Assembly (NCBI GenBank): GCA_963843375.1
Contig: CAWJKT010000010.1
Span: 32,001-96,000 of the forward strand
Direction of reading: 5' to 3'
DNA from: an uncultured Pseudomonadota bacterium
GTDB lineage: Bacteria > Oederibacteriota > Muellerivitia > Muellerivitales > Muellerivitaceae
DNA length: 64,000 bases
Shown: piece by piece, positions 40,135-48,810 of the stretch
Numbering within the stretch: position 1 is the first letter of the stretch
Layout: every line of letters begins with the position of its first letter
Notes under the pieces: model-generated
Database searches by the model: none
What the model was told of the DNA's origin: nothing
The model's input: only the letters and a program-made list of their open reading frames with translations
Program-made: the position numbers and the translations under genes

Positions 40135-40914
40135 ATGAAAATAATTCCATCCCAGACCGTTGGTCTTATTGCGGTGAATCTGAAAGAGTCCATCCCGGTA
40201 TTTGAGAAATATAAAATCAATTACTACAATCAGGGAAGCCGCAGCTTGAAAGATGCCTGTTATTTGGCCGGGGTTTCGTTGGAACAGGTTTCCTTGGAAT
40301 TGGAGACTTTGGTTTCAACTTCTGGCGAATGGTACCTCGATAAAAAAGACAGGCGTAACGAGCCCATGGTGGCGGTAATGGATCATAACGTTAAGACCCA
40401 CCATCACTACATTCGTAAACAGTTGGACCGGATTGAAAAAATGCTGGAAACCCTGATGAATCCCACCCGTCCTCCGGTTCCGGTTGTCTCCCAAATCCGC
40501 CCCTTTTTCGATGATATGTCCCGTAATTTAAAAATCCATTTGCGCCGGGAAGAAGAGGTTGTTTTCTCCTATTTGTTGGAGGTGGAAATGTCCATGGAGA
40601 CAGGGAGGACTCTTCCGCTGACCTTCAAGGGGTATAACGCCATCACGCATCCCTTTCGTATGCTTCAGGATGACCATGGGATGATGGATAACGAGTGGAT
40701 GAAAATCGAGGAATTGACCCATGGGTTTACTGCTTCCGACGATGCCGATTCGACTCTCAAAGAACTCTACCAGGCCTTCCGGGAAATGGAAAAGGACAAC
40801 CGCAAACATTTGCATTTGGAAAACAACGTTTTGTTTCATAGGGCCATTCAATTAGGTCTTTTAAGTAATGGAGAAAAAAATGGGAACCACGTCCAAGAAA
40901 CGCCCCATCTTTAA
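40135..40914 (+). CDS. ric: Second Ric/YtfE/ScdA paralog
   Basis: Colinear with 33844; HHHY, HLRREE, DDH, HLHLENN. Confidence 0.85.
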   Translation: MKIIPSQTVGLIAVNLKESIPVFEKYKINYYNQGSRSLKDACYLAGVSLEQVSLELETLVSTSGEWYLDKKDRRNEPMVAVMDHNVKTHHHYIRKQLDRIEKMLETLMNPTRPPVPVVSQIRPFFDDMSRNLKIHLRREEEVVFSYLLEVEMSMETGRTLPLTFKGYNAITHPFRMLQDDHGMMDNEWMKIEELTHGFTASDDADSTLKELYQAFREMEKDNRKHLHLENNVLFHRAIQLGLLSNGEKNGNHVQETPHL

Positions 40915-41587
40915 GAACAGGGAAGAAGCGGCCATGCTTCTGGCTCGGAGGCTGTTGCCTTATCGGGGGTTGAAGCCCCTGGTCTTGGGGGTACCGCGGG
41001 GCGGTGTTCCCATGGCAAAGATCATATCGGAGAAACTTCTGGGGGATTTGGACGTGGTTTTGGTTCATAAGCTTCAGGCTCCGGGAAATCCCGAATATGC
41101 TATCGGAGCCATATCGGAGGGTGGGACACTCTATCGGCCCCCCTATCCTCAACACCAGTGGATTCCAAAAGAATATCTTGACCGAGAAATCAATTGTGAG
41201 CTTCACGCCTTAAAGCAAAGGCGAAAACTTTACACACCCCATCATTTAGCCCAGAAAGCCGCCAACCGGATCGTTATTGTCGTGGATGATGGCATTGCCA
41301 CCGGATCCACCTTGCTTGCGGCTATGGGGGAATTGGATAGCCAAAAACCGGCCAAGGTTGTGGTGGCGGCGGCTGTTGCCCCTCCTGAGGCGGTTGAAAG
41401 GTTAAGAAAAGAAGCGGACGAAGTATTTATTTTGTCTATATGCCCCGACTTTTTGAAAATTAGCGATTTTTTTAAAGATTTTACCGAGGTGCCCGACACT
41501 GAAGTGGTTCGGATATTGGAGAATTCTTCTGCTTCCAAGCCAGGAATATCGAGGGATAACGCCCCTCTCAGAGGGAGGATGCGATGA
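40880..41587 (+). CDS. Phosphoribosyltransferase-like protein
   Basis: FKNREEAA, LGVPRGG, VVDDGIATGST; alternative start 40868. Confidence 0.88.
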   Translation: MGTTSKKRPIFKNREEAAMLLARRLLPYRGLKPLVLGVPRGGVPMAKIISEKLLGDLDVVLVHKLQAPGNPEYAIGAISEGGTLYRPPYPQHQWIPKEYLDREINCELHALKQRRKLYTPHHLAQKAANRIVIVVDDGIATGSTLLAAMGELDSQKPAKVVVAAAVAPPEAVERLRKEADEVFILSICPDFLKISDFFKDFTEVPDTEVVRILENSSASKPGISRDNAPLRGRMR

Positions 41588-42255
41588 GCGAGCGTTACGC
41601 CTGGGAAAAGCCATTTTTCAAAAATCGTAATGAAGCGGCCGAACTTTTGTCCGGAAGGTTGGCCGACCACAAAGGGCAAAATCCCTTGGTGTTGGCCATT
41701 CCTCGTGGTGCGGTGCCGATGGGTCGGATCATTGCGGATGATTTGGGCGGGGAATTGGACATTGTTCTAGTTCATAAGGTTGGTTCGCCCAACAATCCCG
41801 AATTAGCCTTAGGAGCGGTCGGGGAAAACGGTGAATTTTACGAGGCCCCTTTTGCGCGATCCTTGGGTTTTTCAGAAGAAACGCTTCAAAAAGAAATCCA
41901 TATTCAAACCGAAGCCTTAAAACAAAAACGAAAGCTTTATTTGTCTGATCGCCCCCTCTACAACGCGGAAGGACGAGTTGTTATTTTGCTGGATGACGGG
42001 ATTGCCACGGCTTCCACAATAATGGCCGGAATCCGTGACCTGCGTCGGCAAGGGCCCTTGAAGGTTGTGGTGGCCGCGCCTGTGGCCCCTCCCGAGGCGG
42101 TTAATATCATCCGGCAGGAAGCCGATGAGGTTGTGATATTGACCGTCCAAACCGATTTTGCGGTGATAAGTGAATTTTTCGAGGACTTCCGGCAGGTTAG
42201 TGACGAAGAGGTAAAACGGTGTCTTGAAAACACAGCGACGTTCCCTGGAAAATAA
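41584..42255 (+). CDS. Phosphoribosyltransferase-like protein (tandem paralog)
   Basis: FKNRNEAA, LAIPRG, LLDDGIATAST, DFRQVSDEEV. Confidence 0.9.
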   Translation: MSERYAWEKPFFKNRNEAAELLSGRLADHKGQNPLVLAIPRGAVPMGRIIADDLGGELDIVLVHKVGSPNNPELALGAVGENGEFYEAPFARSLGFSEETLQKEIHIQTEALKQKRKLYLSDRPLYNAEGRVVILLDDGIATASTIMAGIRDLRRQGPLKVVVAAPVAPPEAVNIIRQEADEVVILTVQTDFAVISEFFEDFRQVSDEEVKRCLENTATFPGK

Positions 42256-42317
42256 TATATATCTTTCCCGATTTTTAAAGACTTGAAGCTGAAATTATTT
42301 GGATAAGTTTTTTAGAT

Positions 42318-42950
42318 TTATCGTCCCTGTTGATAGAGATAGGCGGCGATATTTTTAATTTGATCCTGGGTTAAAATCCCCTTGAAACTTTTCATCTTAG
42401 TGCCCGAATTCAACTGGGCGGGATCGCTGATGTAATCCATGAGGAATCCCATATCCCTGTATTTACTTTCTTGGGAAAGATCATTCGAAAAGGCGCCGGT
42501 TTCATTGAGACTGTGGCATGCGCCGCATTGTTCGTTGAATAGCCCGGCTGCCTGAGGTGTGAAAGTATAACCGCCCAAACTATTCATATAAGCAACGAGG
42601 GCTCGGATCTGACTGTCCTTTAGGTTCATCTGGGCCATTTTCGTGCTGGGTGTAATGGCTTTCGGATGTCGGAAATGATCGGCCAACCATTCCTTAGTTC
42701 GCCTAAATCCCACATTGTCCAAGGTCGGTCCAACGGTTCCGCCCTTGCCCTTGAGACTATGACAATAAGAACATCTCAAATCGGCGTACAGCATCTTGCC
42801 ATTTGAAACCAGGGGATCTTTTTTAACTGAGGAATTTGCCGGGGTAAGCGTGGCTATTGGACTGGCGGAGGCTTGGAAGAGGAATAACCAGCTTAAACTG
42901 AAAGCAGTCCAAGACCAACCCCTGAGGAATATCTCTTTGTCGGTATCCAT
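42318..42950 (-). CDS. Diheme c-type cytochrome
   Basis: CSYCH and CGACH, each followed by P...TKM. Confidence 0.88.
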   Translation of the reverse strand: MDTDKEIFLRGWSWTAFSLSWLFLFQASASPIATLTPANSSVKKDPLVSNGKMLYADLRCSYCHSLKGKGGTVGPTLDNVGFRRTKEWLADHFRHPKAITPSTKMAQMNLKDSQIRALVAYMNSLGGYTFTPQAAGLFNEQCGACHSLNETGAFSNDLSQESKYRDMGFLMDYISDPAQLNSGTKMKSFKGILTQDQIKNIAAYLYQQGR

Positions 42951-42987
42951 TGATTCATCCTGATTAACGCCAAAAGTTTGGTTAAGG

Positions 42988-43239
42988 CTAATCGGCAATT
43001 CTTTTTGAAGGGACTAGCAAGAAAATACCCGCTAGAACCCAAAGGTCAAAGGCGGTCATGAAAAAGCAATAAATGACTGTAACCCATGCGAAAAGTGGGC
43101 GCTGGTCCCACAAGTCATTCCAGGACTGCAGGAGGGTATAGTCGGATAATTGGGAAAGGCTTAAAAGACCAGCGGCTACCATGGCGGTTCCCATTAAAGT
43201 CAACGAACCCATCGTGGCTAGAATTTGTGTTTTATTCAT
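42988..43239 (-). CDS. Small two-TM membrane protein
   Basis: AGGAGG RBS; 83 aa with two hydrophobic stretches. Confidence 0.7.
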   Translation of the reverse strand: MNKTQILATMGSLTLMGTAMVAAGLLSLSQLSDYTLLQSWNDLWDQRPLFAWVTVIYCFFMTAFDLWVLAGIFLLVPSKRIAD

Positions 43240-43330
43240 GGAATCCTCCTTGCCAACTTTTTTCTTTCGGTGATGAAAGCATTTATCACGAATTTCGATT
43301 TTAAATTACTCCCAATCTTCGTGCCGAAAG

Positions 43331-43344
43331 ATGATTTCTGTCAT
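43331..43344 (-). promoter_or_regulatory. ATGA-N6-TCAT box
   Basis: ATGATTTCTGTCAT; TAATTT 22 nt away on the minus strand. Confidence 0.85.
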
Positions 43345-43372
43345 GTTTGGGATATTATTTATATCCGTAAAT

Positions 43373-43457
43373 AAAAAAAGACCAAACTCCATCCGGAGTT
43401 GACCTTTTTTAAGGAGACTCGGGACTTTGTTGAGTTGGCAGCTGAAAGTCCCTTTTA
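43373..43457. terminator. Terminator-like hairpins after the radical SAM gene
   Basis: AACTCC/GGAGTT stem flanked by A/T tracts, and GGGACTTT...AAAGTCCC. Confidence 0.55.
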
Positions 43458-43478
43458 AAATTCGAGTTAATTTTTTCC

Positions 43479-44591
43479 TTATGCCCTAATTGCAACCATT
43501 TCGGCTGGAATGTATGAACAAAAAGGATCGGCTCCCATTATATCCCCGGTCAGGGCATAAGCTCTGGCTCTGGACCCTCCGCAAAGACGACGGTATTCAC
43601 ATTTTCCGCACTTCCCATTTAGGGAGTCGGTATCCCGCAATTTTTGAAAGAGCGGGCTTTCCCGATAAATTCCGTCCAACGGCTGGTCCTTCACGTTGCC
43701 TGCCGAAAGGGGTAGAAAACCGCTGGGACAAACATCCCCTTTATGAGATATAAAAACAAAGCCCCGGCCATCACCCACGCCCCGCGAGGTTCTTTGAAGG
43801 ACCGGGTCAGGGCGGAGGGTTAAGGCTTCCGGTAGCTCATCGGGTGTTATGCCATAACTCTGGAGGATCACCCGGCGGAAATGGTGGGCTTCGGTGGTTT
43901 TGACATCGAACCATCCCTGCTTAAGAATGTCATAAAGCTGCTTCAATACTTTTTCTGTCTCGGGGGCAGTTAAGGTTTGGTTCTTTTGGGCTCTTCCGGT
44001 TGGCACTAAAAAAAAGACCGACCAAAGGTCGATGGAAAATCGCCGGATGAGCTGGGCTATTTCCCAAACTTGGAACTTGTTATGCCGGCCGATCGTGGTG
44101 TTGATCTGAAGGTGCATTCCTAATTCCCGGATTGTTTGGGACGCCTCAAGGACCCGGTCAAAGGTGCCGGGGATACCGCGGAAAAGATCGTGTGTGACTG
44201 CGTTGGCACCATCCAGAGAAAGGGAAATCCGTTGAAGACCTTCATCCCGTAATTCCTCCAGGCGTTCCCTAGTTAACAAGGGGGTCACAGAAGGAGCCAA
44301 GGCAAAGTTCATCTTTCGTTGCGTGCATTCCCTGACCAGAAGGGTCAAATCCGGCCGTTTCAAAGGGTCCCCCCCTGTCATTACAAAAAGGGGGACACCC
44401 CAGTCCGCCAGTTGGTGGATCAAATCTAATGCTTGCCTTGTGTCAAGTTCATCGGGATAAATTTGGGATTGGGCCTCGGCCCGGCAATGGACGCAGGCCA
44501 AATCGCAAGCCCTTGTTGTTTCCCAAATGGCGATATAGGGTCGGTCGGCATGTCGGGCTGTTGGTTTTTGGGGCGCAGAGATTTTTTCCAT
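43479..44591 (-). CDS. Radical SAM/SPASM protein, AhbD/NirJ-like
   Basis: WETTRACDLACVHC, TGGDP, C-terminal CGKCEYRRLCGGSRARA..DPFC. Confidence 0.88.
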   Translation of the reverse strand: MEKISAPQKPTARHADRPYIAIWETTRACDLACVHCRAEAQSQIYPDELDTRQALDLIHQLADWGVPLFVMTGGDPLKRPDLTLLVRECTQRKMNFALAPSVTPLLTRERLEELRDEGLQRISLSLDGANAVTHDLFRGIPGTFDRVLEASQTIRELGMHLQINTTIGRHNKFQVWEIAQLIRRFSIDLWSVFFLVPTGRAQKNQTLTAPETEKVLKQLYDILKQGWFDVKTTEAHHFRRVILQSYGITPDELPEALTLRPDPVLQRTSRGVGDGRGFVFISHKGDVCPSGFLPLSAGNVKDQPLDGIYRESPLFQKLRDTDSLNGKCGKCEYRRLCGGSRARAYALTGDIMGADPFCSYIPAEMVAIRA

Positions 44592-44664
44592 TTGGGACTT
44601 CCATTTTTTGAAAGTTTATAAATATAGGTCCTAAGAACTTTAATGGAATCAAGAGACCAGAAGT

Positions 44665-44678
44665 ATGATTCTGCTCAT
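44665..44678. promoter_or_regulatory. ATGA-N6-TCAT box
   Basis: ATGATTCTGCTCAT; TAAAGT 22 nt away on the minus strand. Confidence 0.85.
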
Positions 44679-44787
44679 AAAGGGTTTAAGGGGAATGGTT
44701 GTTAAATAGGTCTTTGTTTAAGCACGTTATTCTGAAGGACGGTTTTTGAACAAACCTGTTCTTTTTCCGAATTCAAAAGGGGTTTTA

Positions 44788-46236
44788 ATGACTGAACCAA
44801 TGATTATCCAGGGTGGTATGGGAGTAGCAGTTTCCAATTGGAGACTAGCCCGAGCGGTTTCCAAAACCGGACAACTGGGGGTGGTATCCGGAACAGCCCT
44901 GGAAAACGTCCTAGCCCGCCGGCTTCAATTGGGGGACCAGGATGGTTCCGTTCGTCTGGCTTTGGATCATTTCCCGAATCCGACCATCGCCCGGAAGATT
45001 TTGGAAAGTTATTTCATACAAGGAGGGAAAACGAAAGGTGTCCCTTTCAAAAGTACGCACATGTTTTCCCTGAAATCGCCGCGGGAGTTAGTGGAGTTAA
45101 CTGTTGCGGCTAATTTCGTCGAGGTTTTTCTGGCTAAATTGGGACATCAGGGTCTGGTGGGAGTCAACTACCTGGAGAAAATACAACTTCCAACTTTGCC
45201 ATCACTCTATGGCGCGCTTTTGGCCGGAGTGGATTATGTTCTCATGGGGGCGGGAATTCCTCGCTCCATTCCCGCATTACTTGATCAATTGGTTTTACAC
45301 CAAGAAGTTTCATTAAAAGTTCAAGTTCAAGGTGCGGCTCCGGAGGATGATTATCGGGTATCTTTCGATCCCAAGGATGTTTTGGAATTCCCTGGAACTC
45401 CTTTGAAACGCCCCAAGTTCATCGCCATCGTCTCTTCGGAGATTCTAGCCATTACCTTGGCCAAGAAATCCACCGGGAAGATTGATGGATTTGTTATCGA
45501 AAATCCAAGCGCGGGCGGACACAACGCCCCGCCAAGGGGACCCCTCCATTTGAATGAAAAAGGTGAACCCCTTTATGGACCCAAAGATAAAGTGGATTTA
45601 GGTGCCTTCCGAAACCTAGCACTGCCTTTTTGGTTGGCTGGATCCTGCGCCGATCCCCAAAAACTCGTGGATGCGATTTCCCAAGGCGCCAACGGCATCC
45701 AAGTAGGAACCGTATTCGCCTATTGCGAGGAATCAGGGCTTATGGATCGAATCAAGCGGAAGGTTTTTACAAAAACCTTGAAGGGGGAGGAAGAGGTTTT
45801 TACCGATCCTGTGGCGTCTCCAACCGGTTTTCCTTTTAAGATTGTACGATTGGAGGGAACCATTTCGGAAAAAGAAGAATATAGGGATCGTCCAAGGACT
45901 TGTGATTTGGGTTATCTCAGAACGGTTTATAAACGAAAAGATGGAACGGTAGGCTATCGTTGCCCCGGGGAACCAAAGGAAATCTATCTTCAAAAAGAAG
46001 GAAAAGAAGAGGAGATGGATGGCCGCAAATGTATCTGCAACGGATTGATGGCCGGAATTGGATTAGGACAGGAACATAGAAATGGTTACCAGGAAAAACC
46101 GCTTGTGACTTCAGGCGACGATTTGGCCCGGATTGCCTCGATTCTTAAAGGGGATTATCTTTCATACACGGCTTCAGACGTTATTCGATACTTACTGAGT
46201 GCTTTAGGGGCTGGATTTGAACCCATGCCAACGTAA
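44788..46236 (+). CDS. Nitronate monooxygenase/FabK-like flavoprotein
   Basis: PMIIQGGMGVAVS, MGAGIP, AGGHN, IQVGTVF, SPTGFP. Confidence 0.85.
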   Translation: MTEPMIIQGGMGVAVSNWRLARAVSKTGQLGVVSGTALENVLARRLQLGDQDGSVRLALDHFPNPTIARKILESYFIQGGKTKGVPFKSTHMFSLKSPRELVELTVAANFVEVFLAKLGHQGLVGVNYLEKIQLPTLPSLYGALLAGVDYVLMGAGIPRSIPALLDQLVLHQEVSLKVQVQGAAPEDDYRVSFDPKDVLEFPGTPLKRPKFIAIVSSEILAITLAKKSTGKIDGFVIENPSAGGHNAPPRGPLHLNEKGEPLYGPKDKVDLGAFRNLALPFWLAGSCADPQKLVDAISQGANGIQVGTVFAYCEESGLMDRIKRKVFTKTLKGEEEVFTDPVASPTGFPFKIVRLEGTISEKEEYRDRPRTCDLGYLRTVYKRKDGTVGYRCPGEPKEIYLQKEGKEEEMDGRKCICNGLMAGIGLGQEHRNGYQEKPLVTSGDDLARIASILKGDYLSYTASDVIRYLLSALGAGFEPMPT

Positions 46237-46292
46237 CAGTTTTTAATTAGTTTTCCAAAATCCGAAATCCTTTCGACTGTAAAGCTACGATT

Positions 46293-47345
46293 TTATGATA
46301 TTAATGGCTTTTGGGCTGTAGCTTCTCTCCACAATTGGGCCAAGGCGCTTCCAAAACTTTTTCTTACGACTAAGGGATAAGGATTGCCGGGTGGCAATTG
46401 ACGCATGAGCCTTCGGTGAGTCTCGCCAAGGTTGTGATAGGGCATACCGGGAAAAAGATGATGCGTAGCGTGGAACCTAAGACCCACAGGAGCCCAAAGC
46501 GGGGTGGAATAAGGATTGCCAGGAATGTCGATGGAATCAAGGAATTGCTCCGAAAAACTCATTTCGTGGTTTGGAGGATTACGGTAACAATGAGCTACCA
46601 GAGTGCGTAACCCGTTAGTGAAAAGAATAAAAACCGCCGTCAGATACCAAAGAATTAGAACCTTCCAAGGCAGGATTCTCAGAGTCATCAGGGTTATCCC
46701 GGTAGTGCCATAGGCGAAAGTCAGAAATTCCTGGACCCACCAAATCCGTTTTTCTTTTTTATCCGGCAGGGCCCTTTTGAAACCACCGCCAACCGCCAAG
46801 GAAGAAGCCAATTCCCAAAGGGGTTTCCTCAAAGACTGGATGATATAGGAGAGGGGAGTGGCGATTAGGAATCGCAGAAGAAACACTGCGGGGGCCAGGA
46901 ACATGGTTAGCAAAAAGGTCAATATCCGGAATGGGTTTTCCAGGGCGAAGTCAAAATACTCGTGATCGTCCTTTGTCCCGTAAAGCTTTTGTTTGTGATG
47001 ATCAATATGCACTCCCATGTAAAGCATGGAGGGAACCATGAGGGGAAAGCCGCACAGCAGATTCCAAACTACGTGGAATATTCGAAAAGTTCCTTTTTTT
47101 AAGTGAGTTAGTTCGTGCACGAAAATAACCGCCCGGTAGAGAGCAAAGCCAGCCACAAAAAATGCGCCTATTTGAAACAATGAAAAATTATTGGATTTTA
47201 TCGCCAGGATAAAAGCTGTCCATCCCAAGGCAACGTTGAATAAGAAATCAATCCAATATATCCAAGGATTGGGGTTGAAAAGATCTTGAGTGATTCGCTT
47301 GGCATCGGCCATGGGGAAATCAATGGTTGGAGTTTTAAGAACCAT
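46293..47345 (-). CDS. Membrane fatty-acid desaturase family protein
   Basis: His boxes HELTH, HIDHH, HATHH; AGGAG RBS before the ATG at 47345. Confidence 0.9.
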   Translation of the reverse strand: MVLKTPTIDFPMADAKRITQDLFNPNPWIYWIDFLFNVALGWTAFILAIKSNNFSLFQIGAFFVAGFALYRAVIFVHELTHLKKGTFRIFHVVWNLLCGFPLMVPSMLYMGVHIDHHKQKLYGTKDDHEYFDFALENPFRILTFLLTMFLAPAVFLLRFLIATPLSYIIQSLRKPLWELASSLAVGGGFKRALPDKKEKRIWWVQEFLTFAYGTTGITLMTLRILPWKVLILWYLTAVFILFTNGLRTLVAHCYRNPPNHEMSFSEQFLDSIDIPGNPYSTPLWAPVGLRFHATHHLFPGMPYHNLGETHRRLMRQLPPGNPYPLVVRKSFGSALAQLWREATAQKPLIS

Positions 47346-47391
47346 GGGTGCTCCTGGCGGCACAATTTAAAACAAAGGTTCTTATCCCAAT

Positions 47392-47405
47392 ATGATCCAA
47401 ATCAT
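47392..47405. promoter_or_regulatory. ATGA-N6-TCAT box, bidirectional promoter
   Basis: ATGATCCAAATCAT; TATACT (+, 47428) and TAAATT (-, 47369-47364), each 22 nt away. Confidence 0.88.
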
Positions 47406-47483
47406 ATTGGGACGGTTAGTTTCTTTTTATACTTGCTTCACTTTCAAATAGTTCTGGTTCTTTTCTTAGGAGGTATTCGTACT

Positions 47484-47783
47484 ATGTCCTCGAAATCGGT
47501 AACCATGAATCACGGCTTTGTTTTTTCATCATTGGTAGTTTTGGTGTTTTGTTCCGTGGGTGTAAGCCTCCTGCATCTTTCTCCCGCAATCAATAATTTG
47601 GTTATTTTCGCCATAGCTTTTTTTATGGCTGCGCTTGTTGCGCTCCAATACATGGGATTACGGTTAGAGGGTCCTCTCGTTGTGTGGCTTGTCATCATAC
47701 CCTCGGTTCTCTTCGTCATAGTCGTGGTCCTCATGATGCCGGATGTCGCCCATGTGCGGGTGGATTTCCTTCGAAAGCTTTGA
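47484..47783 (+). CDS. Cytochrome c oxidase subunit IV-like small three-TM protein
   Basis: AGGAGG RBS; IAFFMAALVALQYMGLRLE resembles the ..KA.LV...FMHL..E pattern. Confidence 0.65.
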   Translation: MSSKSVTMNHGFVFSSLVVLVFCSVGVSLLHLSPAINNLVIFAIAFFMAALVALQYMGLRLEGPLVVWLVIIPSVLFVIVVVLMMPDVAHVRVDFLRKL

Positions 47784-47986
47784 GATGAAACTGGGTGGGG
47801 AGAATATTTTTCATCCTAAAGACGGCAGTTTTGCCGACTGCGAAGGATTTTCCTATGAAGGCGACTGTTCTAATATCTTTTCTCCTCCTTTTCGCGATTC
47901 TTGGCTTGCGATGGTTGAACCGGATTTTGAAACCCGTTTTTCCGCCCTTCTGAAAAGAATATTAAAAACAATTTAAAGGAGCAGTT

Positions 47987-48808
47987 ATGCCGACCGCCGA
48001 AATAAATAAGCAAATGGAGATTACCGAAAAATCAGAGGGATTAGACAAGCCCAGCGCCAAAACATGGGACGGACTTTCCCGAATGGCTTTCGCCGCCAAT
48101 TGGGATCCGGAAACGGCAGTAAATTGGAACCTACCCATCGAGTTGGGAAACGTTCGTGAAGGGTGGATCAATATCCTTCATTATTTTTACGAAGGCGAAT
48201 GGCAGGGGTTGGAAATCATTCAACGCCTCATGAACAAGGCGGCCCACTTATTTAACAAACCCGAGATGGTCACCTACTATTCCACCCAATGCTCGGATGA
48301 AGCAAAACACCTCCTGGTTTTCCGGAAATACCTTTATAAATTGAACTCGCCACCGGCTCGACAAAAAGTTTTTGACATTCTGGTTTGGTTGGCTACCAGC
48401 GGACCTTTGCCAGTAGAGCGATGGATATTAGGGACCTATTTTACCGAGACCATGGCCGGTGCCATTTTCCAGAAAACGCTGGAACTTCCCGCCATTGATC
48501 CTACCGGCAAGGAAATGATTCGGCTCCAACTTAAAGACGAATCCAGGCATATCGCCGGCACTAAACTGGGAGTTCAAACCCTGATGGATCATTGCGGGCC
48601 TATCAAGACCTGGATTTTAAAGGCTTGGTGGAAATTATTCGTGAAACTGGCGGTGAAGGAAGTCCGTGCCTTGAAACCTTACGGGGATCAGGTGGGAATG
48701 GACCCGGAATACATTCTCCACAAGTGTTTTTCTAAGATGGCCGAAATGAAGGAATTTGAACAAAAATTCCTTACTTTTTCCCAGGCCCAATACTTTTTAA
48801 GAAACTGA
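47987..48808 (+). CDS. Ferritin-like di-iron carboxylate protein
   Basis: GE...DEAKH...E...DESRH. Confidence 0.8.
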   Translation: MPTAEINKQMEITEKSEGLDKPSAKTWDGLSRMAFAANWDPETAVNWNLPIELGNVREGWINILHYFYEGEWQGLEIIQRLMNKAAHLFNKPEMVTYYSTQCSDEAKHLLVFRKYLYKLNSPPARQKVFDILVWLATSGPLPVERWILGTYFTETMAGAIFQKTLELPAIDPTGKEMIRLQLKDESRHIAGTKLGVQTLMDHCGPIKTWILKAWWKLFVKLAVKEVRALKPYGDQVGMDPEYILHKCFSKMAEMKEFEQKFLTFSQAQYFLRN

Positions 48809-48810
48809 TA

